A DNA stretch of 15,641 nucleotides from an uncultured Oligoflexus sp. (GTDB taxonomy: Bacteria > Bdellovibrionota_B > Oligoflexia > Oligoflexales > Oligoflexaceae). The notes beneath the pieces are model-generated. The model saw nothing but the letters and a program-made list of their open reading frames with translations, searched no databases and was not told the DNA's origin. This document shows, in pieces, positions 14,949 through 15,641 of this stretch. A program made the position numbers and the translations under genes. Numbering within the stretch: the first letter of the stretch is position 1; each line of letters starts with the position of its first letter. The stretch covers positions 1 through 15,641 of the forward strand of contig CAXSGP010000105.1 of assembly GCA_964236955.1 (NCBI GenBank), in the 5' to 3' direction.

Positions 14949-15605
14949 TCACACTCCTTTGGCGGTAGGCTTCCAGATGTATTTATGCTGCTGAAGATTG
15001 AGGCGCACACGCATGAGCTTGTCGTCCAGTATCCAAGCGACCAGCAGCTGCGGCTGCAGGAGGCCAAATGCGGTTGAAAAGAGCACATTAAAGCGAGTAT
15101 CGAGTTCTTCCATTCGCACAAGATTGCGCGCCCATTCGTAGTCGGCGCGATCGGCAATCACAAATTTTATTTCATCGCTGGGCTTTAGATACTGAAGATT
15201 GGCGTAGTGATTGCGATGATCCATGCCGGAGCCGGGGCATTTCAAATCCATGATGATATGGGTCTCGGTCGGCAGGCCTTCGACCGATTCCGAACCGCCG
15301 GTTTCAATCATGACACGATAGCCGTCTTCGATCAGCTCTTGAATAAACTGATTGCAGCCCTCTTGGGCCAAAGGTTCACCACCGGTCAATTCCACGAGGG
15401 GGATGGCAAAGGCCCGGATCTGGGCCTTGATCTCGTCAAAACCCATGGTCTGGCCGCCTTTGAAACCATAGACGGTATCGCACCAGCGGCAACGCAGGGG
15501 GCAACCGGTAAGGCGCACAAAGGTACAGGGCCAACCCGCATAGGCCGCTTCTCCTTGCACACTTTGATATATCTCGGATATCACTAGAGAGCTTAGCGTC
15601 GACAT
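14949..15605 (-). CDS. queE: 7-carboxy-7-deazaguanine synthase QueE (radical SAM)
   Basis: EIYQSVQGE, FVRLTGCPLRCRWCDT (CxxxCxxC), LTGGEPL, IETGG, DLKCPGSG, EIKFVI, RLNLQQHKYIW. Confidence 0.88.
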   Translation of the reverse strand: MSTLSSLVISEIYQSVQGEAAYAGWPCTFVRLTGCPLRCRWCDTVYGFKGGQTMGFDEIKAQIRAFAIPLVELTGGEPLAQEGCNQFIQELIEDGYRVMIETGGSESVEGLPTETHIIMDLKCPGSGMDHRNHYANLQYLKPSDEIKFVIADRADYEWARNLVRMEELDTRFNVLFSTAFGLLQPQLLVAWILDDKLMRVRLNLQQHKYIWKPTAKGV

Positions 15606-15641
15606 ATCTTCTGCTCATATTGGGACAGTCAATGGAGAACT

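Noticed and set aside
14948..15157. 70-residue N-terminal extension of the PLP enzyme overlapping queE
   Set aside because: It is an alternative-frame read of queE. ATG 14947 has a SD and gives a normal class-III length.
196..15587. Numerous short antisense or alternative-frame ORFs in the track (e.g. 196-528, 2027-2470, 10976-11680, 13658-14047, 15207-15587)
   Set aside because: They lie opposite or within well-supported genes, show no recognisable motifs, and are expected shadows of coding sequence.
15606..15641. Possible 3' end of an upstream gene, or a promoter (TTGACT) before queE
   Set aside because: Only 36 nt are visible, too little to support a call.

Overview
A bacterial chromosomal window with no RNA genes, CRISPR array or mobile element that I can support. 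The left half is a minus-strand run: pgk, tpiA, trmFO, psd, a pyruvate-kinase-like gene and a CYTH gene, followed by a secreted-protein gene cut off by the left edge (not in the ORF track). Divergent from pgk on the plus strand are a gshB-like ATP-grasp ligase, a two-LysM lipoprotein, a matrixin/M10-like metalloprotease lipoprotein and valS. valS converges at a hairpin terminator with a minus-strand queE plus class-III PLP enzyme pair. Main points of interest: (1) the pyruvate kinase homologue has lost most catalytic, metal-binding and nucleotide-binding residues but keeps its oligomer and effector motifs, and sits 11 nt upstream of an apparently intact CYTH enzyme, so it may be a pseudo-enzyme sensor module; (2) the three exported-protein genes each have a sigma-28 (FliA)-like promoter, and two share an IHF-like 13-mer at almost the same offset; (3) the PLP enzyme coupled to queE lacks the usual 2-oxoglutarate-handling residues. 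All family assignments come from motifs recognised by eye; no searches were run.
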